DNA of 64,000 nucleotides from the human T2T-CHM13v2.0 reference genome, Homo sapiens (GCF_009914755.1 NC_060934.1); one strand, 5' to 3'. Counted from the first letter of the stretch, positions 1 through 16,919 are shown. Notes: generated by a model not told the origin, from the letters alone. A program made the numbers and translations.

Positions 1-111
1 AATGGCATTAACCCGAGAGGCGGCGCTTGCAGTGAGCCGAGATTGCACCACTGCACTCCAGCCTGGGGGACAGAGCAACACTCCGTCTCAAAAAACAAAC
101 AAACAAAAAAA
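1..111 (+). mobile_element. Alu right-arm end (AluY-like), cut by window edge
   Basis: aatggc..aacccg..gcttgcagtgagccgagattgcaccactgcactccagcctggg followed by an A-rich tail. Confidence 0.95.
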
Positions 112-474
112 TCTAGCATTAAGAAGATCACTTATCTCAACAGTATCATGAAATTACCATTATTATTCCTTTATTATAAAGCTGAGTCTCAGCTAGTTTA
201 CACAGACTTCCCAGGAAAATACACACATTTATTTTCCTTTTTATATTATTCCCTCCATAGAGAAGCAACTCAAGCTAATAGATAGATGGTTTGCCATGGA
301 AAAATTTTGCATTTGTAAATTATATCAGTATCATGATAATTTCAACTTGCCATCATTCTCTGTTAATTTTTCAAGTGACTATCTCAAGAGTTTTGAAAAA
401 GTTATCTTTCTTACTTTATACTATCTTGATGTCTGTTGTTGGGATCTTCATTGTTCTTATTTAAATCCCTGTGG

Positions 475-645
475 TCATAGAATTTAAAACCAAAAGAACC
501 TTATTTTATTCCAACCTTATAAACTCAGTTTATTTTGCATAGGAAAGATGAGGTGCATAAACATTCAGGGAAGTATTCAAATGCAACTTCTAAAAAACAG
601 AGCTAGGATGTTCATATAGTTTTCCTGACTTTCACTTCTAGAGCA
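475..645 (-). mobile_element. MIR-like relic
   Basis: ttattttgcataggaaagatgaggtgc...gagctaggat...cctgactttc resembles the antisense MIR core; heavily diverged. Confidence 0.4.
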
Positions 646-1099
646 AGGAAAATGGTGATTTCTTACTCTGTCTTCATATGCTTCAGCTGTTTTCTGAATC
701 TCCATAACCATTCTTTTTCTTATTCCATGATGATCTTCTACATTCATCCCATTTGTGACTTATGGTAATAGCACAATATGAGCTTAATAAAGGCCAGAAA
801 ATGTAGACAGATGACAACAGCAATCCCAGAAATATGCTCTGATAACAAATTATAAATCCTGCTTATTTAGACAGCATGGCTCCTGATATTTTATTTGGCC
901 TACAATGCAGACATTTCTCTTTGTCTATATTCTAAATCAGTCATTCTCAGTTCAGTGCAATAAAAGCATAGAAGCTAAGAACCCTCCTCACAGAAATGAG
1001 TTTCCAGGAATGTCAACAGTCCAATAAAGCATGTTCAATATAAACCTTTCCATACATACAATTTGTCTTCTATTTAGTTTTTTATTACATTTGAATCTA

Positions 1100-3200
<2,101 letters not shown>

Positions 3201-4860
3201 TTCCATTGTCTTTTCATTGTAAACCTGTTTATACTATTACTCTGATAAATCTATTATCTGAGCATTTTAGAATCCAATACAACAATTGATGAGAATAGGG
3301 ACTCCTGCTCTGTGAATTCTCTCTGAAAGCTCTTGAAACCTGGTTCAGGGTGTCATGGTAATGTTACACTTGTTTTGTTGAGTGATGCAGGAGATTTTTT
3401 GTTCCTTCTCAATGAGAGCCCAGGTCTACACAGGCAAACTTTCTTATCTCATTTGTCCGTGGGTTGGAATTTTGGGGGAACCTCTTTCACAGCATTTATA
3501 AACTTTTGATCAGCTTGGTCTATGTAGGGATCACAAATATAATGTACCACTTCTAATGTGTTTGAGGCCTCTTCTGGTTACAGCAACTGGCTACCGCCCG
3601 AGGGCAACTGAAAGTGTTTTAATTTTTTTTATTCCTGTGGGATGGTGGTTGAGGTTATATAGTCTGCCACATTGTCAGAAAAAGAAATAATTTTAGAGAA
3701 CTTTTACTTCTGATTCTGCCCTGTCATATACTTATTTTTTATTTGAATGTTTGTTATAGTTTATATTATTGTGTAATTTTTTTAACCTTCTTAATTAAAA
3801 AATATGAGAAAAATCTGAATCCACTACTTACTTAGAATACATTTTTCACATATCAGAAGGAAAAAAGAGTTAATAGACATTGAGTTTGACAGCAATTATT
3901 TTAGCTGATTATCTAATTATTTAGATTTAGTTAATATTAATATTGGCCAGAACAAAATAGATGTTTCATTCATTAATGAGTAAATTTTACTAATTCCACA
4001 TATTGGGAACTTCAATGATGTGACTTCTTAAGTTGGAAAATATTTAAGACTTCTTTTTTTAAAGAAAAAATATATGACCAACACAGACTCAAACAGTTTG
4101 CATGATGAACTTCATTTTAGAAAATGATTTTAAAGACTATTTTCCCCAAAAGTTATTTGCAAAGTTGTGACAGGTATTCATGTTGTTATTGCTGATGTGT
4201 TTGCCTCCAGAGTCACTATTAAGAACTATGTTCTATAACATTTAACTTGAATATACAACTTGGAGAGAAGAGTTTAGGTATGCAATTGCTTTAATCACTT
4301 TTTAAATATAAATAAAAATTTCTTCAATCTCAACTCTAAATAAATCTGAATTATCTGTGGAGGCTGTAATTCTTCAGATTTACGGGACCTTTTACAATCT
4401 CTTGAATTAAAATCTTCAAATTTGTCCCAGCATAAGTGCTAAAAATAAAGAAGCAAGCAAAGCTTTATAAATGATTTGATAAATACCCATTGTGGGAGAA
4501 CCTCTGTGCTAAATAAATGAGCTTGAATAACTTTTTGATACCAGTGTTTGTGCAGTAATGTAAGTGTAATCAATATGTGTATGAAGATTTTCTACCTCCA
4601 AAGTTCTATCTCTTTGTATAGGCCGCAGTTTTCATTCTGATAATAAATTCTTTGAATTCTCCATTTTAGACCAATCTCCTATGGGTCTTGATCATCATTA
4701 CGGTGTTTTTATTTAAATATATTTTATTTTGCAAATCTAGTTTTAGGGACTCGTTTAAATCCCTTTAAAGAAAAAAATGCCTGAAAAAACATATTTAAAA
4801 CAGGTAAAACAATCTTCGTTTTACAATTTTAATAAATACAGAAGATAAAAGAAGTTAAGA

Positions 4861-5251
<391 letters not shown>

Positions 5252-8200
5252 CTATTAATTGAAATGCCCTCTAAAAAATAAAGCCAATGACTTTTCAGTT
5301 ACGGACAAAATAAAACCTTTAATTTGAACAAACAGTAAGTTAATTCAGGTAAATCGAGTGTATGTTGATAATGAACTAATAAAATTCATGGTTGAATCAC
5401 GTTGAAACAAGCTTTGTTTCATTCTAATAGCAAACAATTTAAAACTTCCCACTGAGGTTTCTCTGTGTAAGTGTGTATATTATTGTAGAAGAATAATTAA
5501 AATAATTTTCATTTAACAAAACTAAATAGTGCTTTAGCTCATTAGTATGAGAAAATATTCCAAATGAAAATATAAGTACGGAAAAATTATAATGAAGGAA
5601 ACAGCTGAATAATATTCAGCAGCCTACATAGTGCTAGAAGTTCATCAGGGCACATGCACTGTAATTGGCACAAATGTTCAGCAGAGATGCACCATCCCTT
5701 AAGGTTTCATTAAGTTCTTTTATGCTGGGAGACAGAATTCAGTGCACATAATTATCTATTGTGTATTAATCTTCTCTGTTTTGAATATTGCTTTTGTTGA
5801 ATTTAATCATGCCTGAAAAATGAGAAGTGTTATTTTATCTGTGTCGTCTTACTAAATGATCATCAGCCAAGAAGTACCAACATTTGAAAAGAATTGAAAA
5901 GCTGAGTGTAAAATCAGAGTTTGCAGGAAAGTCTGGTCTTTTGATGCCATGACGCATTTATCCTCTCCTCACTCCTTCCACCGTTTTTTTCCTCCTCTAA
6001 TTTGTTGTTGACAGTTGAAAATTTCAATGTGTGGCAATTCTGTGATTAAGTTATTAAGGGAGAGAAAGAACAATTCTATCTATAAAAGCTATTTGTCTAA
6101 TACACTGAAATCCTCTTCGTTACTTATCAACTTCTGAATGAATCAATTTTGTTAAATTAGATGTTCTACAGAAATGAGGGCGAATACAGTAGAAAACAAC
6201 AAAGTTCTCTAGAACCCCAAGCAAAACAATGGCAGATTAATATTTCCATGGAATTTTTTAAATGCCTACAAGATTTTTTCCTGCCTTGGGGTTTTCTAGC
6301 TTAGTCTCTCAGCTTCTTTTTCAAATCATAAAAGCTAGAAAGCCAAACAGCAACAACAAAAAACTATAGAAAATAAAATTTGCAATCACGGCCCTGCATG
6401 ACTAGCCACAGAAATCATCTTTATTCTACAAGTAATAGGGAAATAGCTCCACAGAATTCAATTTATGTACCATTTCTATCAGACAATGGCAAATATTCTC
6501 CATTTAAGGGATTTCTGCCTAGGCACTCAACAGAAACCTTTACTGTTCCAACCTCATCACCACCAAAAAAAACTCACTGGGAGTGCCAGACTATTTTGAC
6601 AAGCAAAATATTCAAATGAACAAACAACAAAAACTAAAGCAGCCTTACTTTAAATTCTTATGTTTGATCAACCAGTACACAGTGTGGAATGTTCTCTTAC
6701 AATTGTATCAGTACAAAAATGAAGGTCTGCAAACACAGACATGTACTTACCACCATTGCTTTCCCTATACTTTCTCATCCCATGAGCCTGCTGCTGGGAT
6801 CAGGCATATAAAATCCTGGCCATTTTCTTTTTAATAAACAGGCAGTGTCATGTTTTAGCTTTTATTTAGAGATGCTGTTGAGAAGGATTACCTAAATATC
6901 TGCTGAGCTAGGAAAATGAGGTTATTTTCAATGAAGAATAAAAGGTTTCAGAAAGAGTGAATGCTATGCTTCCTATTTTTAGATCTTATACCAGGCCAAG
7001 TAAGAATATTTGGCAGGCTTTTAAAAATTATTTTTATTATTACCTGCATTATAGCAAACATTGTTTAAACTTGACAATATCTATCCCAGTGAGCCAGTCA
7101 GTCCCAAAGTCTTGACCTGTTTACTGATAGAAACTTCAGTTCATATCTGCAATCTATCTGCAACCCAGTCTACATAACATAATGATTTTAAACTCCACCA
7201 GAACGCCTGGGTGTTATTTACTTGGGCCGCCTTCTTAGGCTTATTGGGTATCACAATATCTGAAACAGGAAATAAGAGGTATGTCAGACCAGAGATGGAT
7301 TTTGTTGCTATATGAGCTCAGCTTATGGATTCCTAAGTTGAACTTGGACATTCCTACTATGAGAATGGGGTGTAACTATTTCTGATGTAGTAATGCCCGT
7401 GTGGAGTGCACGAGAAGGAAAACTCCATGGTAAGTATTGTTATATGATTCTCCTTTCCCTCTTGCTCTCACTCCATTCTAAATGCTAAGTGCTCAAGATA
7501 TGCCACAATCTCTCTGCTTGTTTGTTAATTCATATCTTTCTTTGTGAAACAAGAATTATAAATGGCTGACAAAAATAGTTTGAAAATACTTGAAGAAGTT
7601 AAAATTTCCAAATAAACAAGACAGAAAAAAATATAAAGTCATGGATAAAGATTAAAATGACAAGTTTCTAATTGCTAGGTGGAATTTAGCTATATATTTC
7701 ATTAATTCATCCAGTTATTTATTTTGTTCAAAAATACCAGAATTTATTGAGGGATATTTATGGAGCTATTAGCACTTGCATAGGAGAGGCAGAGACAGTG
7801 GGGATAAAGCTCTTGCCTACCATTAGATTACATTCTAGCAGTGGTGTAGACTCCCAGGTCACTTCTTACCCATACAGGTTGTGTCAGATTTTATCTTTGG
7901 AGCAATGAAAATGTTGAAAAGGATCTCTTAAACCTCAAGAAACTAAAATGGATATCATGGAACAGTTCAGGACTTCAAAAATAACTATCTTTGCTTGTTC
8001 AGGTCTGGCTTGAAAAGCTTAGGCATGCTCCAAAAGTTCCCAGTGATATCACCACAGTTGCTTTTGTTCTTTCTCATTTTGGTGATTTCTGGTCACAATA
8101 ATCTGATTCCATTCATACTGAGAAAACACAGCAAAACATGTTCTTCATTGCAAATCCCCGTTCTTGCCCTCCATCACTCCTGCTGTCTTCACACATCATG

Positions 8201-8624
8201 TTTCAGCTGGGACTACAAAAAATCTCATCTCCAATTCCAACCTTTAAGTACGCTGTTTACTTCCCTGATTCTCTAACAAGAAAGTAAGTAAATTATTTTT
8301 TTCTCATCTACAATAATCAAAATTTATCCCATTGTATAGAGACACTTTTTATGGAAAAAACTTTTTCCATGATAATTGTCCCTGCAGTAGATACACATGG
8401 AAAAGCCTAATATCCAAACCCCAGGTCACCTTAAGCAAGAACTCAACATACCCTATGATCCTCTACACTGTTGCGTATGCCATGTAACTTTATGTAATCT
8501 ATGTTCACATGTTCTTTCTATTAAATTATTAATAAAATATATTACTAAAATGTTTGTATTCATAGTCTTTTGTAATTTTTAGTTGATATATAATATTTAC
8601 TACCCCAACTGGGTCAAATCTCTA

Positions 8625-9206
<582 letters not shown>

Positions 9207-9524
9207 AAATTAATGGCTTTCTTTAGAAGATTCAGTCTCTATGAACTCAGAAATTATATCTGACCCTAGTACTTAACACAGTGCTTGGTTTATAGGAAAT
9301 GCTGAATACATTTGAATCTCTTTCTCACCTCACTAATTCTCTACCAGGTTAGATCCCTGAGGGTAGGGGTGAGACTCGTTTATATACTTTTCATTCCTAA
9401 TAGTCTTACAAAGATTTACTCATATCAGAAGCATAGGAGTGGGGTTTTGTTTGAAAACAGTCAATAGTCATAAGTAACTTTTTCCATCTCTGTAAGAAAT
9501 AGGCCAATATGCAGAAGTATCTTT

Positions 9525-9841
9525 TATTTTATTTAATTAATTAATTTATTTATTTATTTTGAGACAGAGTCTTCCTGTGTCGCTCTGTCTCTCAAGCAAT
9601 GGTGTGATCCTAGCTCACTGCAACCTCTGCCTCTGGGTTCAAGCGATTCTCCTCCCGCAGCCTCCAAAGTAGCTGGGATTACACGCACCCACCATCACTC
9701 CCGGCTAATTTTTCTATTTTTAGTAGAGACAGGGTTTCACCATGTTGGCCAGGCTGGTCTTGAACTCCCGACCTGAGGTGATCCGCCTGCCTTGGCCTTC
9801 CAAAGTGCTGGGATGACAGGTGTGAGCTGCCGTGCCCAGCC
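9525..9841 (-). mobile_element. AluSx/Sz-like
   Basis: cctgaggtgatccg; (TTTA)n tail; TSD agaag(t/c)atcttt. Confidence 0.95.
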
Positions 9842-10384
9842 AGAAGCATCTTTGTATTACGGTTCTGTTATCAGACGCCGGGAGGCTGGGAGGAGGTCCA
9901 TGCCAAGCCTGTGTCTACAGTGTTTCCTCTACGCAAACAGCAGGAGGGTTGGAAGCACGATTCAATTCCAACTGCTGTGCACTGATTTATATCGATTTCA
10001 TTTCTTTTTTTGGCAGGTGTCAAGTTAATGACTTTGAAGAGTAATACACAGTTTACATATTTAAACCGAAAAACTTCCCAATTGCATAAAACCCTACCCA
10101 CATGGACAAGAAGGTATTTCTTGTCACTTCCTCAGGAATCCTCACAGCTGCATCTTGCAGAGTCACAAGGAATTGTAACTTGTTACATTTCAGAGCAGTA
10201 GGCTTAGTACCACCAAGGAGATGAAAATACCTATTGAAGATTTCATATTATAAACCAGTCCAGAATAATTCATACTGAATATATTTTATCATATTTTGGG
10301 TGGATGGAACACACCAATTAAGGCTGAATGGCTGAAGGCATTCTACTACATTTATGGCCTAATGACATTTATATTTTTAACCAT

Positions 10385-10622
10385 TTTCTTCATTATTTTC
10401 TTTTCTTCCTCCTTTATTACTATCTTTTTTGTTTTCTTCTATTTTTACTTAATTCTTTCTCTTTTTTCTTCCTTTCTTCTGTCCTCCCTTCCCTACTATC
10501 CTCCTTCCTCCCTTTATTCCTTCTTTTCTTCATCTCTTCTCACCTCCTTCCTTCTTTCCTTCATTTCTTCATCTCTCTCCTTTCTCTTCTCTCACTCCCT
10601 GCCTTCCTTCTCCAACTCCTCA
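10385..10622. repeat. CT-rich polypyrimidine low-complexity tract
   Basis: ~240 bp almost free of G on + strand, built of ttc/ctt/tcc units. Confidence 0.9.
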
Positions 10623-11415
10623 TTTCAATGTATTTTAAAAATATAAGAAAATGAATATTTTGTTAGGTATCTAGGAAATATATGAATCAGCAATTGCAGG
10701 TGAAAAACAGAGAAAGTTTGTGTTTATCAGGTTTTCATCCCAACCTCTGTCCAGTTACTGCTGATAACACTGAAAATTAGTAATTTGGTGACTCGGAATG
10801 TGAATCATCTCCTTGAAGTGGACAGCAGAATTAATCTGCATGGGCGATTTAGACTTCCCAGTTGTCATAGAAAAAAGAAACTACTTTGGTTAACTGTTTT
10901 CAGGTTATCCCTGATGGTTGATTATTTACTCATTCATCTTAAAATGTTTGCTCCAAAGACTTGGAAGGATCATTTTCTTAGGACTTTTATGACTTTTTAG
11001 CAACACTGACCACTCACTTTTTTTTTCAAGGCTATGCAAGCTTAACTATCATTGTGGGATATGCAAAGGAGCATTAGGATTAGGGTTCTGGTTAAACAGA
11101 AACTGAACTGTAAGGGAACATTTGGTACCTCCAGGATTCCAGAGAATGTGTTAGTCAAAGCTATGACCCATACAAAAAGTGTGAATTTTAAAAATGATTT
11201 AAAAACTTAAGGATGTTTGTAAACTATCACAAATTTCAACACAGTGAAGTTGAGAGAACAGCACTATCAGTGTTTTAAAAATCTATTCAGTATACACACA
11301 CACACACACAAAGGTGATGTACATTATGAGAAAATATACAATAATGAGAATAAAATAAACAGTTCTGGAAACAGAAAGTTGAGCTGATAAATTGTGAAGC
11401 AGTGGGAAGACCTCA

Positions 11416-12163
11416 GTATATTGACTCTCTGGGGTTGTTCTAAGAAATACACAGGCTGGGTGCTTAAACAAGAGAAACTTATTTTCTCATAATTATGAAG
11501 GCTGGAAGTCCAAGACCAAGGAGTCAGCAGGGTTGGTTTCTTCAGAGGCCTCTCTCCTTGGCTTATAAATAGCTCCCTTTTCCCTGTGTCTGCACATGGT
11601 TTTCCCTGTGTATACGTCTGTGTCCTAATCTCTTTTTTTTATAAGGATGACTGTATTAGACTATTCTCACACTGCTAATAAAGACAAACTTAAGACTGGG
11701 TAATTTATAAAGGAAAGAGGTTTAATGGACTCAGTTCCACATGGCTGGGTAGGCCTCACAATCATGGCAGATGGTGAATGAGGAGCAAAGTCACATCTTA
11801 CATGGCGGCAGGCAAGAGGGCCTGTGCAGGGGAACATCTAATTATAAAACTATCAGATCATGTGAGACTTATTCACTACCACAAGAACAGTACGGGGGAA
11901 ACTGCCCCCATGATTCAATTATCTCCACCTGGCCCCACCTGGAGATTACTACAATTAAATGTGAGATTTGGGTGGGGACACAGCCAAACCATATAAACAC
12001 CAGACACACTGAACAAAATGAGGGCCTGCCCATATGACCTCGTTTTATTTGAGTTCCCTTTTTAAAGGTCTTATTTCCAAATTCAGTTACATTCTGAGGT
12101 ACTGGGAGTTAGGGCTTCAACATGATAATTTGGGGTGGGGGAGTGTAATTCAGCCCATAACCA
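11416..12163 (-). mobile_element. MLT1A-family MaLR LTR, split by a THE1 LTR
   Basis: cttaaacaagagaaacttattttctc..ggctggaagtccaagaccaagg (left part); ttctgaggtactgggagttagggcttcaacat..aattcagcccataac (right part). Confidence 0.8.
11652..11996 (-). mobile_element. THE1 (THE1C-like) solo LTR
   Basis: tgtattag..ctgctaataaagac..gactgggtaatttataaaggaaagaggtttaatggactca..gagatttgggtggggacacagccaaaccatat. Confidence 0.93.
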
Positions 12164-12674
12164 TGTACAGAGAAGCACACAGGGCTGTCTAATGAACTGC
12201 TGCAAATTTGGCTTTCAGCTTCCTGGTGCTTAAAGCATAATAGCATAATGGGAATTTGATTAGTTAGAAGAAATGTTAGATGATCACAAGAGTTTTAAGC
12301 CTCTGGATTACAAGCTTGATTTGGAATACAAGGATTGACATTTGGGGTACAAGGAGTCAGGCAGAAAAAACATTTTTATTTAATTTTTGGAACTGGATGT
12401 TGTGGTCTTTTTTAGAAATGCTAGGGGAGAAACCATAGAATGAAATGTGTACGGTGGTGGCAGCGGCAGTTGTGGTCTGTGTGTGTGCTCATGTGTGTAG
12501 ACTGGCAGGCAGTGAGGAAGATGGGAAAAATTATTCCCACATATGGATCTATTCTGCCCACCACACCTCCCTTAATCTCAGAGTCCCTCAAAGCATGACA
12601 GAATGCCTTATACCTCCCCTACTTGATGGTATCACTGGAGAGATGGCTGACTCTTTCACTGGGTCATGGCTTAG

Positions 12675-12975
<301 letters not shown>

Positions 12976-13439
12976 AGAAGATTTATTTTTAAATAAATAT
13001 GTATATGTTTTTTAACCATTCCCCTGTGTTTGTGGTATACGTGAATACAGCTCATGGACGCATATGTGTTTATAGGTCAACCTTTGAATGTGTGAGTTTT
13101 GTCATTTTCTGTTATTTTGTCTTTATGACACTTAGGGTATCACAAAGAATAATTACTGGGCCGACTGATAGCAGATGGTTTTACTCTTCAATTGCTTAAT
13201 ATGTAAATTTTTAATTTTAGATGAATGTGCATTTCCCTCCATCGTACGTAGCTAAGACCCTGGGGGCATAATTGCAAGATTTTGCTCATAATTGCAAGAT
13301 TAGGGCAGAAATAATTTACCCAACACTTCCTAATATTGACTTCTAAATTCCCACATTTTCTGTAGGGCTATGTTGTATTTTCTGGTGCTTGTTATTTGTG
13401 TCTTATTTGATTTAAATGATCATATTAAAAATTCCTACA

Positions 13440-13905
13440 TTCAAATATCAGAAAGTTAATTCAAACTAGCTTAAGAATTCACTGGTTTACCCTACTGGGA
13501 ATTCTCAAGGAGAATCATCAGGCCCAGTGAAATCCAGGTACTATAACAATGTTGCCAGCCAGGACTCTGTCCCTTTCCCCCAATCTCTCTACTCTACTTT
13601 TTCTCTAGGGCTTACTTTTATATGCATATACATAGCTGTTGGCAGTCTCTAACTGACATACTTCTAGTTACAAAGTTTGACACATAGATGTGAGACCTCT
13701 TTCTCTCTCTATCTCTCGCTCTTTCTCTAACTTTGTCTTCCCAATCTCTTTTTCTTCCTCTTGATCCTGTTACAGAATTCCAGAAAAAAATATCAGTTTA
13801 TCTGTACTTAGATTACAAAATCTTCTCTGAACCAGTTGTTGATAGAGTAAGAGGATTCTCCGAATGATCCAGCATAGATTATGTGCCTGGCCCTGTGGCC
13901 ACTAA
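13440..13905 (-). mobile_element. Old MLT1 (J/K/L-type) LTR relic
   Basis: cagaaagttaattcaaactagcttaag start; ctgaaccagtt..gattatgtgcctggccctg end; diverged. Confidence 0.4.
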
Positions 13906-14004
13906 GGATATTGGAAAGGTAATGGTAGGCCTTTCTTTTCAAAAAAGATACTTTGGCATGCATTATTATTTCTTTTTTCAATTGTGTCTCCTTCTTTTAC
14001 TTTG

Positions 14005-14143
14005 CATTTTATTTTTATTTGTTTAGAGACAAGGTCTTGCTCTGTTGCCCACAGCTCACTGTAGTCTGGAATTCCTGAGCTCAAGCCATCCGTCTCAGTT
14101 TCTCGAGTAGCTGGAACTGCAGGTATGTGTCACTGCGCCTGGT
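14005..14143 (-). mobile_element. Alu monomer (FRAM/AluJ-like), internally deleted
   Basis: gagacaaggtcttgctctgttgccc..ctcaagccatcc..gagtagctggaactgcagg..cactgcgcctgg. Confidence 0.85.
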
Positions 14144-14416
14144 TGCACTATTATTTCTATATATAGACCTTTCCAAAAGTATTCCTAACACCAGAAATTA
14201 TTCTATGTACTATAAGAAATGAAATCTTTCTCTCACCAAAGAAATATAACCCAAAACAAATATCTGTCTTGCATTATTTCCAAGCCAAGGTATTGAGTAA
14301 TAAGCATCTTTTCAGACAGGCCTGGATGTGGTTCCTCATGGTCTAACAAGTTACACCTAAAAGTCTAGTTAACTCCTACCACACCCAATGTAACTCCATT
14401 AGAAAGGAGAAATGGA

Positions 14417-14730
<314 letters not shown>

Positions 14731-14843
14731 TCACTACTTCCTTGACACTGCAATTATTTCTTGGATAACTAATCTAATCACCCTTGTTCTTCCCCTGGTC
14801 ATGCCCCTTGCCCATCCCATCAGTGATCTTCACCATGCCTGGG

Positions 14844-14871
14844 GTGTGTGTGTGTGTGTGTGCATGTGTGC
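14844..14871. repeat. (TG)n microsatellite
   Basis: Direct observation. Confidence 0.9.
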
Positions 14872-15352
14872 ACATGCATTGGGGGTGTAATACCTAAGTC
14901 AAGAAGGGAGTTGTTAACAAGTTAATTTGAGTTTCTCTATTTTATTTGACTAAAATCTCAGTATTATCTTGCATTATGTTTTCTATCTCTCATCCTTTGT
15001 TAGTACCAAGTTGCCTTGAAACAGAAAATTTATCTTTTGCAATTTTTTAATTCACTCGATGAAGTCAATGAGGGATATTTAAGCTTTGGTCACAAATCTA
15101 CTCTTCAATAATGTGCTATAGAGTATTTATCCACTAATGTAAATTTATGACCTAATATATTTTAATGTACTATGCATACCTTGGTAATAGTAATGTAATT
15201 TTGTAGGAAAAGTGATGCTTGTTTTTTCAGATATTCCAAGATGTTGTATGTATGTGTTTTATTTCTTATGTTTCTTGATCTATTCAAAGAATTTGGTGGT
15301 GTTCTCTCCTTCTTCATATTAAATGCCTGACATCTTCCTTAAGTATTGTTCT

Positions 15353-15474
15353 AAAACTAGTCAAGTGCAGTAGTGAGAAGGAGCTGGGGGTGGGGGGGAA
15401 TATAACAAAGAGTTTAATCTATAACTGACCGTGAACAATTGAGATTGAGATAACTTGCTACCTCTGGACCAGTC
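15353..15474 (-). pseudogene. Y1 RNA (hY1/RNY1-type) retropseudogene, near full length
   Basis: Reverse complement gactggtccagaggtagcaagttatctcaat..ttgttcacggtcagttatagattaaactctttgtt..ccttctcactactgcacttgactagtttt aligns end to end with hY1 (ggctggtccgaaggtagtgagttatctcaattgattgttcacagtcagttacagatcgaactccttgtt..ccttctcactactgcacttgactagtcttt). Confidence 0.92.
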
Positions 15475-15499
15475 TCTCCTCAACTTTTTGATACTGCTC

Positions 15500-15830
15500 C
15501 TCTCAAACATTTCTCCCAGCTTGCTGACTGCTCCTCCTGGTCTTCTTTGCTCTGTATTTCTGGCTTTCCTTAATCTTGTTCCTCCTTAGGGAACAACTGT
15601 AAATTATCTTATCTACTCATTCTATGGAATCCCCTTCAGTGATATAAAATGATGATTCAAAAAATACATATCACGAGTTCAAAGCTCTCTCTGAGATAAA
15701 ATCCACATCCAGAGCAACAGAGCGAACTTTCACTTGGCTGCCACAAAGTCTTCTCCAATGCAACATGTTCTGCAAAGCAGTAAACACCACCCCATTAACC
15801 AAGTCAGAAGCCTGGGAGCCATTAGACTTT
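15500..15830 (+). mobile_element. L2 relic
   Basis: ctctctctgagataaaatccacatcc..cacttggctgccacaaag..caacatgttc..caagtcagaagcctgggagccat resembles the L2 3' region. Confidence 0.4.
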
Positions 15831-15941
15831 TGGGGGTGGCAGTGAAAATATTTTACAGGTGAAAAGAAGTCACATATAGGTACAGAGGGTGAGAACATTG
15901 CCCACTGTGCTTTGCAGGTTCTCTCATGAAGAAATTCCATT

Positions 15942-16278
<337 letters not shown>

Positions 16279-16919
16279 TCATTGAATCTGTACTCCTCTT
16301 AGGACTTGGTTAGACTAATATAATATGGTGCAGAAGTGACTTTGAGGAACATCTGAGACTAGGCCTTAAGAGGCAAAGACACTGTTAATTGCACTAAAGT
16401 TGGGCTAAGAATCCCTGGTTTGTGCCACCACATTGTCTAACACTCCTACAAATTGCTGGGCAGAGCCACTGTGCCTCAGCAATGTGTCACTGAAAAACTT
16501 GTCATCAGGAATGAATATAAATTTACAAATTTATATTTATACAAATTTATACAAAATCTCTATACATAGAGAGATGTGCTACAAGCCCAAATAATATTTT
16601 GCCCAAGTTAAGGAGAAACTTTCATTCTTTGCATTGAAAGTCATGTTTTGTGGAGGCAAAAACCTGGAGTCTGGTAAATTATGAGAGACCCAAGTCAGTC
16701 ATCACAAGCAAGAGGCTTTCTAACATTTGCTGTTGCACAATTGTTTGTGTTTGTGCACCTCAAAAAAAAAAGAAAAAGAAAACCTCAAATGACTGCCATT
16801 GTTAAACCTCATTTAAATAATTTTTCTTTAAAATAATAGATTTGTTTTCTACAATCACATTCTAAAACCATCCTTATTTTGAAGTCAGAACATACAAATA
16901 TTAATAAAAAAAAATTCTT

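Noticed and set aside
7424-7438. Minus-strand ATACTTACC as a U1 snRNA pseudogene start, with a Kozak ACCATGG
   Set aside because: The similarity stops after 9 nt (it is simply the donor complement), and the ORF is only 17 codons.
10296-10654. Very hydrophobic ORFs resembling membrane proteins
   Set aside because: They are translations of the CT-rich tract (Phe/Leu/Ser codons).
16514-16537. 11-bp AT-only hairpin aatataaattt-ac-aaatttatatt
   Set aside because: Lies in a low-complexity acaaatttat repeat, where such symmetry is expected.
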